Shown here piece by piece: positions 41,401-59,400 of a stretch of DNA of 64,000 nt. Source of the DNA: Eledone cirrhosa (taxonomy: Eukaryota); the NCBI GenBank assembly GCA_964016885.1, contig OZ024745.1:7316001-7380000 (forward strand), in the 5' to 3' direction. Each line of letters starts with the position of its first letter. Position 1 is the first letter of the stretch. The position numbers and the translations under genes are program-made. The notes under the pieces are model-generated. The model was not told where the DNA came from. It saw nothing but the letters and a program-made list of their open reading frames with translations, and ran no database searches.

Positions 41401-44400
41401 CACTACCACTCTACTGTAGACACTACCTCACTACTGTAGACACTACCACACTATTGTAGACACTACCTCACTATTGTATTCACTACCACACTACTGTAGA
41501 CACTACCTCACTACTGTAGACACTACCACACTACTGTAGACACTACCACACTATTGTAGAAACTACCTCACTACTGTAGACACTACCTCACTACTGTAGA
41601 CACTACCACACTATTGTAGACACTACCTCACTATTGTATTCACTACCACACTACTGTAGACACTACCTCACTACTGTAGACAGTACCACACTACTGTAGA
41701 CACTACCACACTATTGTAGACACTACCTCACTACTGTAGACACTACCTCACTACTGTAGACACTACCACACTACTACACTATTGTAGACACTACCTCACT
41801 ACTGTAGACACTACCTCACTACTGTAGACACTACCACACTATTGTAGACAATACCTCACTACTGTAGACACTACCACACTGCTGTAGACACTACCACACT
41901 ACCTCACTACTGTAGACACTACCTCACTACTGTAGACACTACCACACTATTGTAGACACTACCACACTATTGTAGACAATACCTCACTACTGCAGACACT
42001 ACCACACTACTGTAGACACTACCTCACTACTGTAGACACTACCTCACTAGTGTAGACACTACCTCACTACTGTAGACACTACCACACTACTGTAGACACT
42101 ACCACACTACTGTAGACACTACCACACTACTGTAGACACTACCTCACTACTGTAGACACTACCACACTATTGTAGACACTACCACACTATTGTAGACACT
42201 ACCTCACTACTGTAGACACTACCTCACTACTGTAGACACTACCTCACTACTGTAGACACTACCTCACTACTGTAGACACTACCACTCTACTGTAGACACT
42301 ACCTCACTACTGTAGACACCACCACACTATTGTAGACACTACCTCACTACTGTAGACAGTACCACTCTACTGTAGACACTACCTCACTACTGTAGACACT
42401 ACCACACTATTGTAGACACTACCACACTATTGTAGACACTACCTCACTATTGTATTCACTACCACACTACTGTAGACACTACCACACTACTGTAGACACT
42501 ACCTCACTACTGTAGACACTACCACACTACTGTAGACACTACCACACTATTGTAGACACTACCTCACTAGTGTAGACACTACCACACTATTGTAGACACT
42601 ACCTCACTACTGTAGACACTACCACACTACTGTAGACACTACGACACTACTGTAGACACTACCACACTACTGTAGACACTACCTCACTACTGTAGACACT
42701 ACCACACTATTGTAGACACTACCACACTATTGTAGACACTACCACACTATTGTAGACACTACCTCACTACTGTAGACACTACCTCACTACTGTAGACACT
42801 ACCTCACTACTGTAGACACTACCACTCTACTGTAGACACTACCTCACTACTGTAGACACTACCACACTATTGTAGACACTACCTCACTACTGTAGACACT
42901 ACCTCACTATTGTAGACACTACCACACTACTGTAGACACTACAACACTACTGTAGACACTACCTCACTATTGTAGACACTACCACACTATTGTAGACACT
43001 ACCACACTACTGTAGACACTACCACACTACTGTAGACACTACCACACTACTGTAGATACTACCACACTATTGTAGACACTACCCCACTACTGTAGACACT
43101 ACCACACTATCGTAGACACTACCTCACTAATGTAGACACTACCTCACTAATGTAGACACTACTACACTATTGTAGACACAACCTCACTATTGTAGACACT
43201 ACCACACTTCTAGACACTACCTCACTATTGTAGACACTACCACACTACTGTAGACACTACCACACTACTGTAGACACTACCACACTATTGTATACACTAC
43301 CACACTACTGTATACACTACCACACTACTATAGACACTACCACACTACTGTAGACACTACCACACTACTGTAGACACTACCACACTATTGTAGACACTAC
43401 CTCACTATTGTATACACTACCACACTACTGTAGACACTACCTCACTACTGTAGAAACTAGCACACTACCACACTATTATAGCCACTACCTCACTACTGTA
43501 GACACTACCTCACTACTGTAGACACTACCACACTATTGTAGACACTACCTCACTATTGTATTCACTACCACACTACTGTAGACACTACCTCACTACTGTA
43601 GACACTACCACACTACTGTAGACACTACCACACTACTGTAGACACTACCTCACTACTGTAGACACCACCTCACTACTGTAGACACTACCACACTATTGTA
43701 GACAATACCTCACTACTGTAGACACTACCACACTACTGTAGACACTACCACACTACTGTAGACACTACCACACTACTGTAGACACTACCACACTATTGTA
43801 GACACTACCACACTATTGTAGACACTACCTCACTACTGTAGACACTACCTCACTACTGTAGACACTACCACACTATTGTAGACAATACCTCACTACTGTA
43901 GACACTACCACACTACTGTAGACACTACCACACTACTGTAGACACTACCACACTATTGTAGACACTACCTCACTACTGTAGACACTACCTCACTACTGTA
44001 GACACTACCACACTATTGTAGACACTACCTCACTATTGTATTCACTACCACACTACTGTAGACACTACCTCACTACTGTAGACACTACCACACTACTGTA
44101 GACACTACCACACTACCTCACTACTGTAGACACTACCTCACTACTGTAGACACTACCACACTATTGTAGACACTACCACACTATTGTAGACAATACCTCA
44201 CTACTGCAGACACTACCACACTACTGTAGACACTACCTCACTACTGTAGACACTACCTCACTAGTGTAGACACTACCACACTATTGTAGACACTACCTCA
44301 CTACTGTAGACACTACCACACTACTGTAGACACTACCACACTACTGTAGACACTACCACACTACTGTAGACACTACCTCACTACTGTAGACACTACCACA

Positions 44401-47400
44401 CTATTGTAGACACTACCACACTATTGTAGACACTACCACACTATTGTAGACACTACCTCACTACTGTAGACACTACCTCACTACTGTAGACACTACCACT
44501 CTACTGTAGACACTACCTCACTACTGTAGACACTACCACACTATTGTAGACACTACCTCACTACTGTAGACACTACCTCACTACTGTAGACACTACCACA
44601 CTATTGTAGACACTACCACACTATTGTAGACACTACCTCACTATTGTATTCACTACCACACTACTGTAGACACTACCTCACTACTGTAGACACTACCACA
44701 CTACTGTAGACACTACCACACTATTGTAGACACTACCTCACTACTGTAGACACTACCTCACTACTGTAGACACTACCACACTATTGTAGACACTACCTCA
44801 CTATTGTATTCACTACCACACTACTGTAGACACTACCTCACTACTGTAGACACTACCACACTACTGTAGACACTACCACACTATTGTAGACACTACCTCA
44901 CTACTGTAGACACTACCTCACTACTATAGACACTACCTCACTACTGTAGACACTACCACACTACTGTAGACACTACCACACTATTGTAGACACTACCTCA
45001 CTACTGTAGACACTACCACACTATTGTAGACAATACCTCACTACTGTAGACACTACCACACTACTGTAGACACTACCACACTATTGTAGACACTACCTCA
45101 CTACTGTAGACACTACCTCACTACTGTAGACACTACCACACTATTGTAGACAATACCTCACTACTGTAGACACTACCTCACTACTGTAGACACTATCTCA
45201 CTAATGTAGACACTACCTCACTACTGTAGACACTACCACACTATTGTAGACACTACCACACTACTGTAGACACTACCACACTATTGTATACACTACCACA
45301 CTACTGTAGACACTACCACACTATTGTAGACACTACCTCACTATTGTATTCACTACCACACTACTGTAGACACTACCTCACTACTGTAGACACTACCACA
45401 CTACTGTAGACACTACCTCACTACTGTAGACACCACCTCACTACTGTAGACAATACCTCACTACTGTAGACACTACCACACTACTGTAGACACTACCACA
45501 CTACTGTAGACACTACCACACTACTGTAGACACTACCACACTATTGTAGACACTACCACACTATTGTAGACACTACCTCACTACTGTAGACACTACCTCA
45601 CTACTGTAGACACTACCACACTATTGTAGACAATACCTCACTACTGTAGACACTACCACACTACTGTAGACACTACCACACTACTGTAGACACTACCACA
45701 CTATTGTAGACACTACCTCACTACTGTAGACACTACCTCACTACTGTAGACACTACCACACTATTGTAGACACTACCTCACTATTGTATTCACTACCACA
45801 CTACTGTAGACACTACCTCACTACTGTAGACACTACCACACTACTGTAGACACTACCACACTACCTCACTACTGTAGACACTACCTCACTACTGTAGACA
45901 CTACCACACTATTGTAGACACTACCACACTATTGTAGACAATACCTCACTACTGCAGACACTACCACACTACTGTAGACACTACCTCACTACTGTAGACA
46001 CTACCTCACTAGTGTAGACACTACCACACTATTGTAGACACTACCTCACTACTGTAGACACTACCACACTACTGTAGACACTACCACACTACTGTAGACA
46101 CTACCACACTACTGTAGACACTACCTCACTACTGTAGACACTACCACACTATTGTAGACACTACCACACTATTGTAGACACTACCACACTATTGTAGACA
46201 CTACCTCACTACTGTAGACACTACCTCACTACTGTAGACACTACCTCACTACTGTAGACACTACCACTCTACTGTAGACACTACCTCACTACTGTAGACA
46301 CTACCACACTATTGTAGACACTACCTCACTACTGTAGACACTACCTCACTACTGTAGACACTACCACACTATTGTAGACACTACCACACTATTGTAGACA
46401 CTACCTCACTATTGTATTCACTACCACACTACTGTAGACACTACCTCACTACTGTAGACACTACCACACTACTGTAGACACTACCACACTATTGTAGACA
46501 CTACCTCACTACTGTAGACACTACCTCACTACTGTAGACACTACCACACTATTGTAGACACTACCTCACTATTGTATTCACTACCACACTACTGTAGACA
46601 CTACCTCACTACTGTAGACACTACCACACTACTGTAGACACTACCACACTATTGTAGACACTACCTCACTACTGTAGACACTACCTCACTACTATAGACA
46701 CTACCTCACTACTGTAGACACTACCACACTACTGTAGACACTACCACACTATTGTAGACACTACCTCACTACTGTAGACACTACCACACTATTGTAGACA
46801 ATACCTCACTACTGTAGACACTACCACACTACTGTAGACACTACCACACTATTGTAGACACTACCTCACTACTGTAGACACTACCTCACTACTGTAGACA
46901 CTACCACACTATTGTAGACAATACCTCACTACTGTAGACACTACCTCACTACTGTAGACACTATCTCACTAATGTAGACACTACCTCACTACTGTAGACA
47001 CTACCACACTATTGTAGACACTACCACACTACTGTAGACACTACCACACTATTGTATACACTACCACACTACTGTAGACACTACCACACTACTATAGACA
47101 CTACCACACTACTGTAGACACTACCACACTACCGTAGACACTACCACACTATTGTAGACACTACCACACTACCTCACTACTGTAGACACTACCTCACTAC
47201 TGTAGACACTACCACACTATTGTAGACACTACCTCACTACTGTAGACACTACCACTCTACTGTAGACGCTACCTCACTACTGTAGACACTACCTCACTAT
47301 TGTATTCACTACCACACTACTGTAGACACTACCACACTACTGTAGACACTACCACACTATTGTAGACACTACCTCACTACTGTAGACACTACCTCACTAC

Positions 47401-50400
47401 TGTAGACACTACCACACTATTGTAGACAATACCTCACTACTGTAGACACTACCACACTATTGTAGACACTACCACACTATTGTAGACAATACCTCACTAC
47501 TGTAGACACTACCTCACTACTGTAGACACTACCTCACTACTGTAGACACTACCACACTACTGTAGACACTACCACACTACTGTAGACACTACCTCACTAT
47601 TGTAGACACTACCACACTACTGTAGACACTACCACACTACTGTAGACACTACCTCACTACTGTCGACACTACCACACTACTGTAGACACTACCTCACTAC
47701 TGTCGACACTACCACACTACTGTAGACACTACCACACTACTGTAGACACTACCACACTACTGTAGACACTACCTCACTACTGTAGACACTACCACACTAC
47801 TGTAGACACTACATCACTATTGTAGACACTACCACACTACTGTAGACACTACCACACTATTGTAGACACTACCTCACTACTGTAGACACTACCTCACTAC
47901 TATAGACACTACCTCACTACTGTAGACACTACCACACTACTGTAGACACTACCACACTATTGTAGACACTACCTCACTACTGTAGACACTACCACACTAT
48001 TGTAGACAATACCTCACTACTGTAGACACTACCACACTACTGTAGACACTACCACACTATTGTAGACACTACCTCACTACTGTAGACACTACCTCACTAC
48101 TGTAGACACTACCACACTATTGTAGACAATACCTCACTACTGTAGACACTACCTCACTACTGTAGACACTATCTCACTAATGTAGACACTACCTCACTAC
48201 TGTAGACACTACCACACTATTGTAGACACTACCACACTACTGTAGACACTACCACACTATTGTATACACTACCACACTACTGTAGACACTACCACACTAT
48301 TGTAGACACTACCTCACTATTGTATTCACTACCACACTACTGTAGACACTACCTCACTACTGTAGACACTACCACACTACTGTAGACACTACCTCACTAC
48401 TGTAGACACCACCTCACTACTGTAGACACTACCACACTATTGTAGACAATAACTCACTACTGTAGACACTACCACACTACTGTAGACACTACCACACTAC
48501 TGTAGACACTACCACACTACTGTAGACACTACCACACTATTGTAGACACTACCACACTATTGTAGACACTACCTCACTACTGTAGACACTACCTCACTAC
48601 TGTAGACACTACCACACTATTGTAGACAATACCTCACTACTGTAGACACTACCACACTACTGTAGACACTACCACACTACTGTAGACACTACCACACTAC
48701 TGTAGACACTACCACACTATTGTAGACACTACCTCACTACTGTAGACACTACCTCACTACTGTAGACACTACCACACTATTGTAGACACTACCTCACTAT
48801 TGTATTCACTACCACACTACTGTAGACACTACCTCACTACTGTAGACACTACCACACTACTGTAGACACTACCACACTACCTCACTACTGTAGACACTAC
48901 CTCACTACTGTAGACACTACCACACTATTGTAGACACTACCACACTATTGTAGACAATACCTCACTACTGCAGACACTACCACACTACTGTAGACACTAC
49001 CTCACTACTGTAGACACTACCTCACTAGTGTAGACACTACCACACTATTGTAGACACTACCTCACTACTGTAGACACTACCACACTACTGTAGACACTAC
49101 CACACTACTGTAGACACTACCACACTACTGTAGACACTACCTCACTACTGTAGACACTACCACACTATTGTAGACACTACCACACTATTGTAGACACTAC
49201 CACACTATTGTAGACACTACCTCACTACTGTAGACACTACCTCACTACTGTAGACACTACCTCACTACTGTAGACACTACCACTCTACTGTAGACACTAC
49301 CTCACTACTGTAGACACTACCACACTATTGTAGACACTACCTCACTACTGTAGACACTACCTCACTACTGTAGACACTACCACACTATTGTAGACACTAC
49401 CACACTATTGTAGACACTACCTCACTATTGTATTCACTACCACACTACTGTAGACACTACCTCACTACTGTAGACACTACCACACTACTGTAGACACTAC
49501 CACACTATTGTAGACACTACCTCACTACTGTAGACACTACCTCACTACTGTAGACACTACCACACTATTGTAGACACTACCTCACTATTGTATTCACTAC
49601 CACACTACTGTAGACACTACCTCACTACTGTAGACACTACCACACTACTGTAGACACTACCACACTATTGTAGACACTACCTCACTACTGTAGACACTAC
49701 CTCACTACTATAGACACTACCTCACTACTGTAGACACTACCACACTACTGTAGACACTACCACACTATTGTAGACACTACCTCACTACTGTAGACACTAC
49801 CACACTATTGTAGACAATACCTCACTACTGTAGACACTACCACACTACTGTAGACACTACCACACTATTGTAGACACTACCTCACTACTGTAGACACTAC
49901 CTCACTACTGTAGACACTACCACACTATTGTAGACAATACCTCACTACTGTAGACACTACCTCACTACTGTAGACACTACCACACTATTGTAGACAATAC
50001 CTCACTACTGTAGACACTACCACACTATTGTAGACAATACCTCACTACTGTAGACACTACCTCACTACTGTAGACACTACCACACTATTGTAGACAATAC
50101 CTCACTACTGTAGACACTACCACACTATTGTAGACAATACCTCACTACCGTAGACACTACCTCACTACTGTAGACACTACCTCACTACTGTAGACACTAC
50201 CACACTACCGTAGACACTACCACACTATTGTAGACACTACCACACTACCTCACTACTGTAGACACTACCTCACTACTGTAGACACTACCACACTATTGTA
50301 GACACTACCTCACTACTGTAGACACTACCACTCTACTGTAGACGCTACCTCACTACTGTAGACACTACCTCACTATTGTATTCACTACCACACTACTGTA

Positions 50401-53400
50401 GACACTACCACACTACTGTAGACACTACCACACTATTGTAGACACTACCTCACTACTGTAGACACTACCTCACTACTGTAGACACTACCACACTATTGTA
50501 GACAATACCTCACTACTGTAGACACTACCACACTATTGTAGACACTACCTCACTACTGTAGACACTACCTCACTACTGTAGACACTACCTCACTACTGTA
50601 GACACTACCACTCTACTGTAGACACTACCTCACTACTGTAGACACTACCACACTATTGTAGACACTACCTCACTACTGTAGACAGTACCACTCTACTGTA
50701 GACACTACCTCACTACTGTAGACACTACCACACTATTGTAGACACTACCTCACTATTGTATTCACTACCACACTACTGTAGACACTACCACACTACTGTA
50801 GACACTACCTCACTACTGTAGACACTACCACACTACTGTAGACACTACCACACTATTGTAGACACTACCTCACTAGTGTAGACACTACCACACTATTGTA
50901 GACACTACCTCACTACTGTAGACACTACCACACTACTGTAGACACTACGACACTACTGTAGACACTACCACACTACTGTAGACACTACCTCACTACTGTA
51001 GACACTACCACACTATTGTAGACACTACCACACTATTGTAGACACTACCACACTATTGTAGACACTACCTCACTACTGTAGACACTACCTCACTACTGTA
51101 GACACTACCTCACTACTGTAGACACTACCTCACTACTGTAGACACTACCACCCTACTGTAGACACTACCTCACTACTGTAGACACTACCACACTATTGTA
51201 GACACTACCTCACTACTGTAGACACTACCTCACTATTGTAGACACTACCACACTACTGTAGACACTACAACACTACTGTAGACACTACCTCACTATTGTA
51301 GACACTACCACACTATTGTAGACACTACCACACTACTGTAGACACTACCACACTACTGTAGACACTACCACACTACTGTAGATACTACCACACTATTGTA
51401 GACACTACCCCACTACTGTAGACACTACCACACTATCGTAGACACTACCTCACTAATGTAGACACTACCTCACTAATGTAGACACTACTACACTATTGTA
51501 GACACAACCTCACTATTGTAGACACTACCACACTTCTAGACACTACCTCACTATTGTAGACACTACCACACTACTGTAGACACTACCACACTACTGTAGA
51601 CACTACCACACTATTGTATACACTACCACACTACTGTATACACTACCACACTACTATAGACACTACCACACTACTGTAGACACTACCACACTACTGTAGA
51701 CACTACCACACTATTGTAGACACTACCTCACTATTGTATACACTACCACACTACTGTAGACACTACCTCACTACTGTAGAAACTAGCACACTACCACACT
51801 ATTATAGCCACTACCTCACTACTGTAGACACTACCTCACTACTGTAGACACTACCACACTATTGTAGACACTACCTCACTATTGTATTCACTACCACACT
51901 ACTGTAGACACTACCTCACTACTGTAGACACTACCACACTACTGTAGACACTACCTCACTACTGTAGACACCACCTCACTACTGTAGACACTACCACACT
52001 ATTGTAGACAATACCTCACTACTGTAGACACTACCACACTACTGTAGACACTACCACACTACTGTAGACACTACCACACTACTGTAGACACTACCACACT
52101 ATTGTAGACACTACCACACTATTGTAGACACTACCTCACTACTGTAGACACTACCTCACTACTGTAGACACTACCACACTATTGTAGACAATACCTCACT
52201 ACTGTAGACACTACCACACTACTGTAGACACTACCACACTACTGTAGACACTACCACACTATTGTAGACACTACCTCACTACTGTAGACACTACCTCACT
52301 ACTGTAGACACTACCACACTATTGTAGACACTACCTCACTATTGTATTCACTACCACACTACTGTAGACACTACCTCACTACTGTAGACACTACCACACT
52401 ACTGTAGACACTACCACACTACCTCACTACTGTAGACACTACCTCACTACTGTAGACACTACCACACTATTGTAGACACTACCACACTATTGTAGACAAT
52501 ACCTCACTACTGCAGACACTACCACACTACTGTAGACACTACCTCACTACTGTAGACACTACCTCACTAGTGTAGACACTACCACACTATTGTAGACACT
52601 ACCTCACTACTGTAGACACTACCACACTACTGTAGACACTACCACACTACTGTAGACACTACCACACTACTGTAGACACTACCTCACTACTGTAGACACT
52701 ACCACACTATTGTAGACACTACCACACTATTGTAGACACTACCACACTATTGTAGACACTACCTCACTACTGTAGACACTACCTCACTACTGTAGACACT
52801 ACCTCACTACTGTAGACACTACCTCACTACTGTAGACACTACCACTCTACTGTAGACACTACCTCACTACTGTAGACACTACCACACTATTGTAGACACT
52901 ACCTCACTACTGTAGACACTACCTCACTACTGTAGACACTACCACACTATTGTAGACACTACCACACTATTGTAGACACTACCTCACTATTGTATTCACT
53001 ACCACACTACTGTAGACACTACCTCACTACTGTAGACACTACCACACTACTGTAGACACTACCACACTATTGTAGACACTACCTCACTACTGTAGACACT
53101 ACCTCACTACTGTAGACACTACCACACTATTGTAGACACTACCTCACTATTGTATTCACTACCACACTACTGTAGACACTACCTCACTACTGTAGACACT
53201 ACCACACTACTGTAGACACTACCACACTATTGTAGACACTACCTCACTACTGTAGACACTACCTCACTACTATAGACACTACCTCACTACTGTAGACACT
53301 ACCACACTACTGTAGACACTACCACACTATTGTAGACACTACCTCACTACTGTAGACACTACCACACTATTGTAGACAATACCTCACTACTGTAGACACT

Positions 53401-56400
53401 ACCACACTACTGTAGACACTACCACACTATTGTAGACACTACCTCACTACTGTAGACACTACCTCACTACTGTAGACACTACCACACTATTGTAGACAAT
53501 ACCTCACTACTGTAGACACTACCTCACTACTGTAGACACTATCTCACTAATGTAGACACTACCTCACTACTGTAGACACTACCACACTATTGTAGACACT
53601 ACCACACTACTGTAGACACTACCACACTATTGTATACACTACCACACTACTGTAGACACTACCACACTATTGTAGACACTACCTCACTATTGTATTCACT
53701 ACCACACTACTGTAGACACTACCTCACTACTGTAGACACTACCACACTACTGTAGACACTACCTCACTACTGTAGACACCACCTCACTACTGTAGACACT
53801 ACCACACTATTGTAGACAATACCTCACTACTGTAGACACTACCACACTACTGTAGACACTACCACACTACTGTAGACACTACCACACTACTGTAGACACT
53901 ACCACACTATTGTAGACACTACCACACTATTGTAGACACTACCTCACTACTGTAGACACTACCTCACTACTGTAGACACTACCACACTATTGTAGACAAT
54001 ACCTCACTACTGTAGACACTACCACACTACTGTAGACACTACCACACTACTGTAGACACTACCACACTATTGTAGACACTACCTCACTACTGTAGACACT
54101 ACCTCACTACTGTAGACACTACCACACTATTGTAGACACTACCTCACTATTGTATTCACTACCACACTACTGTAGACACTACCTCACTACTGTAGACACT
54201 ACCACACTACTGTAGACACTACCACACTACCTCACTACTGTAGACACTACCTCACTACTGTAGACACTACCACACTATTGTAGACACTACCACACTATTG
54301 TAGACAATACCTCACTACTGCAGACACTACCACACTACTGTAGACACTACCTCACTACTGTAGACACTACCTCACTAGTGTAGACACTACCACACTATTG
54401 TAGACACTACCTCACTACTGTTGACACTACCACACTACTGTAGACACTACCACACTACTGTAGACACTACCACACTACTGTAGACACTACCTCACTACTG
54501 TAGACACTACCACACTATTGTAGACACTACCACACTATTGTAGACACTACCACACTATTGTAGACACTACCTCACTACTGTAGACACTACCTCACTACTG
54601 TAGACACTACCTCACTACTGTAGACACTACCACTCTACTGTAGACACTACCTCACTACTGTAGACACTACCACACTATTGTAGACACTACCTCACTACTG
54701 TAGACACTACCTCACTACTGTAGACACTACCACACTATTGTAGACACTACCACACTATTGTAGACACTACCTCACTATTGTATTCACTACCACACTACTG
54801 TAGACACTACCTCACTACTGTAGACACTACCACACTACTGTAGACACTACCACACTATTGTAGACACTACCTCACTACTGTAGACACTACCTCACTACTG
54901 TAGACACTACCACACTATTGTAGACACTACCTCACTATTGTATTCACTACCACACTACTGTAGACACTACCTCACTACTGTAGACACTACCACACTACTG
55001 TAGACACTACCACACTATTGTAGACACTACCTCACTACTGTAGACACTACCTCACTACTATAGACACTACCTCACTACTGTAGACACTACCACACTACTG
55101 TAGACACTACCACACTATTGTAGACACTACCTCACTACTGTAGACACTACCACACTATTGTAGACAATACCTCACTACTGTAGACACTACCACACTACTG
55201 TAGACACTACCACACTATTGTAGACACTACCTCACTACTGTAGACACTACCTCACTACTGTAGACACTACCACACTATTGTAGACAATACCTCACTACTG
55301 TAGACACTACCTCACTACTGTAGACACTATCTCACTAATGTAGACACTACCTCACTACTGTAGACACTACCACACTATTGTAGACACTACCACACTACTG
55401 TAGACACTACCACACTATTGTATACACTACCACACTACTGTAGACACTACCACACTACTATAGACACTACCACACTACTGTAGACACTACCACACTACCG
55501 TAGACACTACCACACTATTGTAGACACTACCACACTACCTCACTACTGTAGACACTACCTCACTACTGTAGACACTACCACACTATTGTAGACACTACCT
55601 CACTACTGTAGACACTACCACTCTACTGTAGACGCTACCTCACTACTGTAGACACTACCTCACTATTGTATTCACTACCACACTACTGTAGACACTACCA
55701 CACTACTGTAGACACTACCACACTATTGTAGACACTACCTCACTACTGTAGACACTACCTCACTACTGTAGACACTACCACACTATTGTAGACAATACCT
55801 CACTACTGTAGACACTACCACACTATTGTAGACAATACCTCACTACTGTAGACACTACCTCACTACTGTAGACACTACCTCACTACTGTAGACACTACCA
55901 CACTACTGTAGACACTACCACACTACTGTAGACACTACCTCACTATTGTAGACACTACCACACTACTGTAGACACTACCAAACTACTGTAGACACTACCT
56001 CACTACTGTCGACACTACCACACTACTGTAGACACTACCTCACTACTGTCGACACTACCACACTACTGTAGACACTACCACACTACTGTAGACACTACCA
56101 CACTACTGTAGACACTACCTCACTACTGTAGACACTACCACACTACTGTAGACACTACATCACTATTGTAGACACTACCACACTACTGTAGACACTACCA
56201 CACTATTGTAGACACTACCTCACTACTGTAGACACTACCTCACTACTATAGACACTACCTCACTACTGTAGACACTACCACACTACTGTAGACACTACCA
56301 CACTATTGTAGACACTACCTCACTACTGTAGACACTACCACACTATTGTAGACAATACCTCACTACTGTAGACACTACCACACTACTGTAGACACTACCA

Positions 56401-59400
56401 CACTATTGTAGACACTACCTCACTACTGTAGACACTACCTTACTACTGTAGACACTACCACACTATTGTAGACAATACCTCACTACTGTAGACACTACCT
56501 CACTACTGTAGACACTATCTCACTAATGTAGACACTACCTCACTACTGTAGACACTACCACACTATTGTAGACACTACCACACTACTGTAGACACTACCA
56601 CACTATTGTATACACTACCACACTACTGTAGACACTACCACACTATTGTAGACACTACCTCACTATTGTATTCACTACCACACTACTGTAGACACTACCT
56701 CACTACTGTAGACACTACCACACTACTGTAGACACTACCTCACTACTGTAGACACCACCTCACTACTGTAGACACTACCACACTATTGTAGACAATACCT
56801 CACTACTGTAGACACTACCACACTACTGTAGACACTACCACACTACTGTAGACACTACCACACTACTGTAGATACTACCACACTATTGTAGACACTACCA
56901 CACTATTGTAGACACTACCTCACTACTGTAGACACTACCTCACTACTGTAGACACTACCACACTATTGTAGACAATACCTCACTACTGTAGACACTACCA
57001 CACTACTGTAGACACTACCACACTACTGTAGACACTACCACACTACTGTAGACACTACCACACTATTGTAGACACTACCTCACTACTGTAGACACTACCT
57101 CACTACTGTAGACACTACCACACTATTGTAGACACTACCTCACTACTGTAGACACTACCACACTACTGTAGACACTACCACACTACTGTAGACACTACCA
57201 CACTACTGTAGACACTACCTCACTACTGTAGACACTACCACACTATTGTAGACACTACCACACTATTGTAGACACTACCACACTATTGTAGACACTACCT
57301 CACTACTGTAGACACTACCTCACTACTGTAGACACTACCTCACTACTGTAGACACTACCACTCTACTGTAGACACTACCTCACTACTGTAGACACTACCA
57401 CACTATTGTAGACACTACCTCACTACTGTAGACACTACCTCACTACTGTAGACACTACCACACTATTGTAGACACTACCACACTATTGTAGACACTACCT
57501 CACTATTGTATTCACTACCACACTACTGTAGACACTACCTCACTACTGTAGACACTACCACACTACTGTAGACACTACCACACTATTGTAGACACTACCT
57601 CACTACTGTAGACACTACCTCACTACTGTAGACACTACCACACTATTGTAGACACTACCTCACTATTGTATTCACTACCACACTACTGTAGACACTACCT
57701 CACTACTGTAGACACTACCACACTACTGTAGACACTACCACACTATTGTAGACACTACCTCACTACTGTAGACACTACCTCACTACTATAGACACTACCT
57801 CACTACTGTAGACACTACCACACTACTGTAGACACTACCACACTATTGTAGACACTACCTCACTACTGTAGACACTACCACACTATTGTAGACAATACCT
57901 CACTACTGTAGACACTACCACACTACTGTAGACACTACCACACTATTGTAGACACTACCTCACTACTGTAGACACTACCTCACTACTGTAGACACTACCA
58001 CACTATTGTAGACAATACCTCACTACTGTAGACACTACCTCACTACTGTAGACACTATCTCACTAATGTAGACACTACCTCACTACTGTAGACACTACCA
58101 CACTATTGTAGACACTACCACACTACTGTAGACACTACCACACTATTGTATACACTACCACACTACTGTATACACTACCACACTACTATAGACACTACCA
58201 CACTACTGTAGACACTACCACACTACCGTAGACACTACCACACTATTGTAGACACTACCACACTACCTCACTACTGTAGACACTACCTCACTACTGTAGA
58301 CACTACCACACTATTGTAGACACTACCTCACTACTGTAGACACTACCACTCTACTGTAGACGCTACCTCACTACTGTAGACACTACCTCACTATTGTATT
58401 CACTACCACACTACTGTAGACACTACCACACTACTGTAGACACTACCACACTATTGTAGACACTACCTCACTACTGTAGACACTACCTCACTACTGTAGA
58501 CACTACCACACTATTGTAGACAATACCTCACTACTGTAGACACTACCACACTATTGTAGACACTACCACACTATTGTAGACAATACCTCACTACTGTAGA
58601 CACTACCTCACTACTGTAGACACTACCTCACTACTGTAGACACTACCACACTACTGTAGACACTACCACACTACTGTAGACACTACCTCACTATTGTAGA
58701 CACTACCACACTACTGTAGACACTACCATACTACTGTAGACACTACCTCACTACTGTCGACACTACCACACTACTGTAGACACTACCTCACTACTGTCGA
58801 CACTACCACACTACTGTAGACACTACCACACTACTGTAGACACTACCACACTACTGTAGACACTACCTCACTACTGTAGACACTACCACACTACTGTAGA
58901 CACTACATCACTATTGTAGACACTACCACACTACTGTAGACACTACCTCACTACTGTAGACACTACGACACTACTGTAGACACTACCACACTATTGTAGA
59001 CACTACCTCACTACTGTAGACACTACCACACTACTGTAGACACTACCACACTACTGTAGACACTACCACACTATTGTAGACAATACCACATTACTGTAGA
59101 CACTACCACACTATTGTAGACACTACCTCACTATTGTAGACACTACCACACTATCGTAGACACTACCACACTATCGTAGACACTACCTCACTAATGTAGA
59201 CACTACCACACTATTGTAGACACTACCTCACTATTGTAGACACTACCACACTACTGTAGACACTACCACACTACTGTAGACACTACGACACTACTGTAGA
59301 CACTACCACACTATTGTAGACACTACCACACTATTGTAGACACTACCTCACTACTGTAGACACTACCTCACTACTGTAGACACTACCACACTATTGTAGA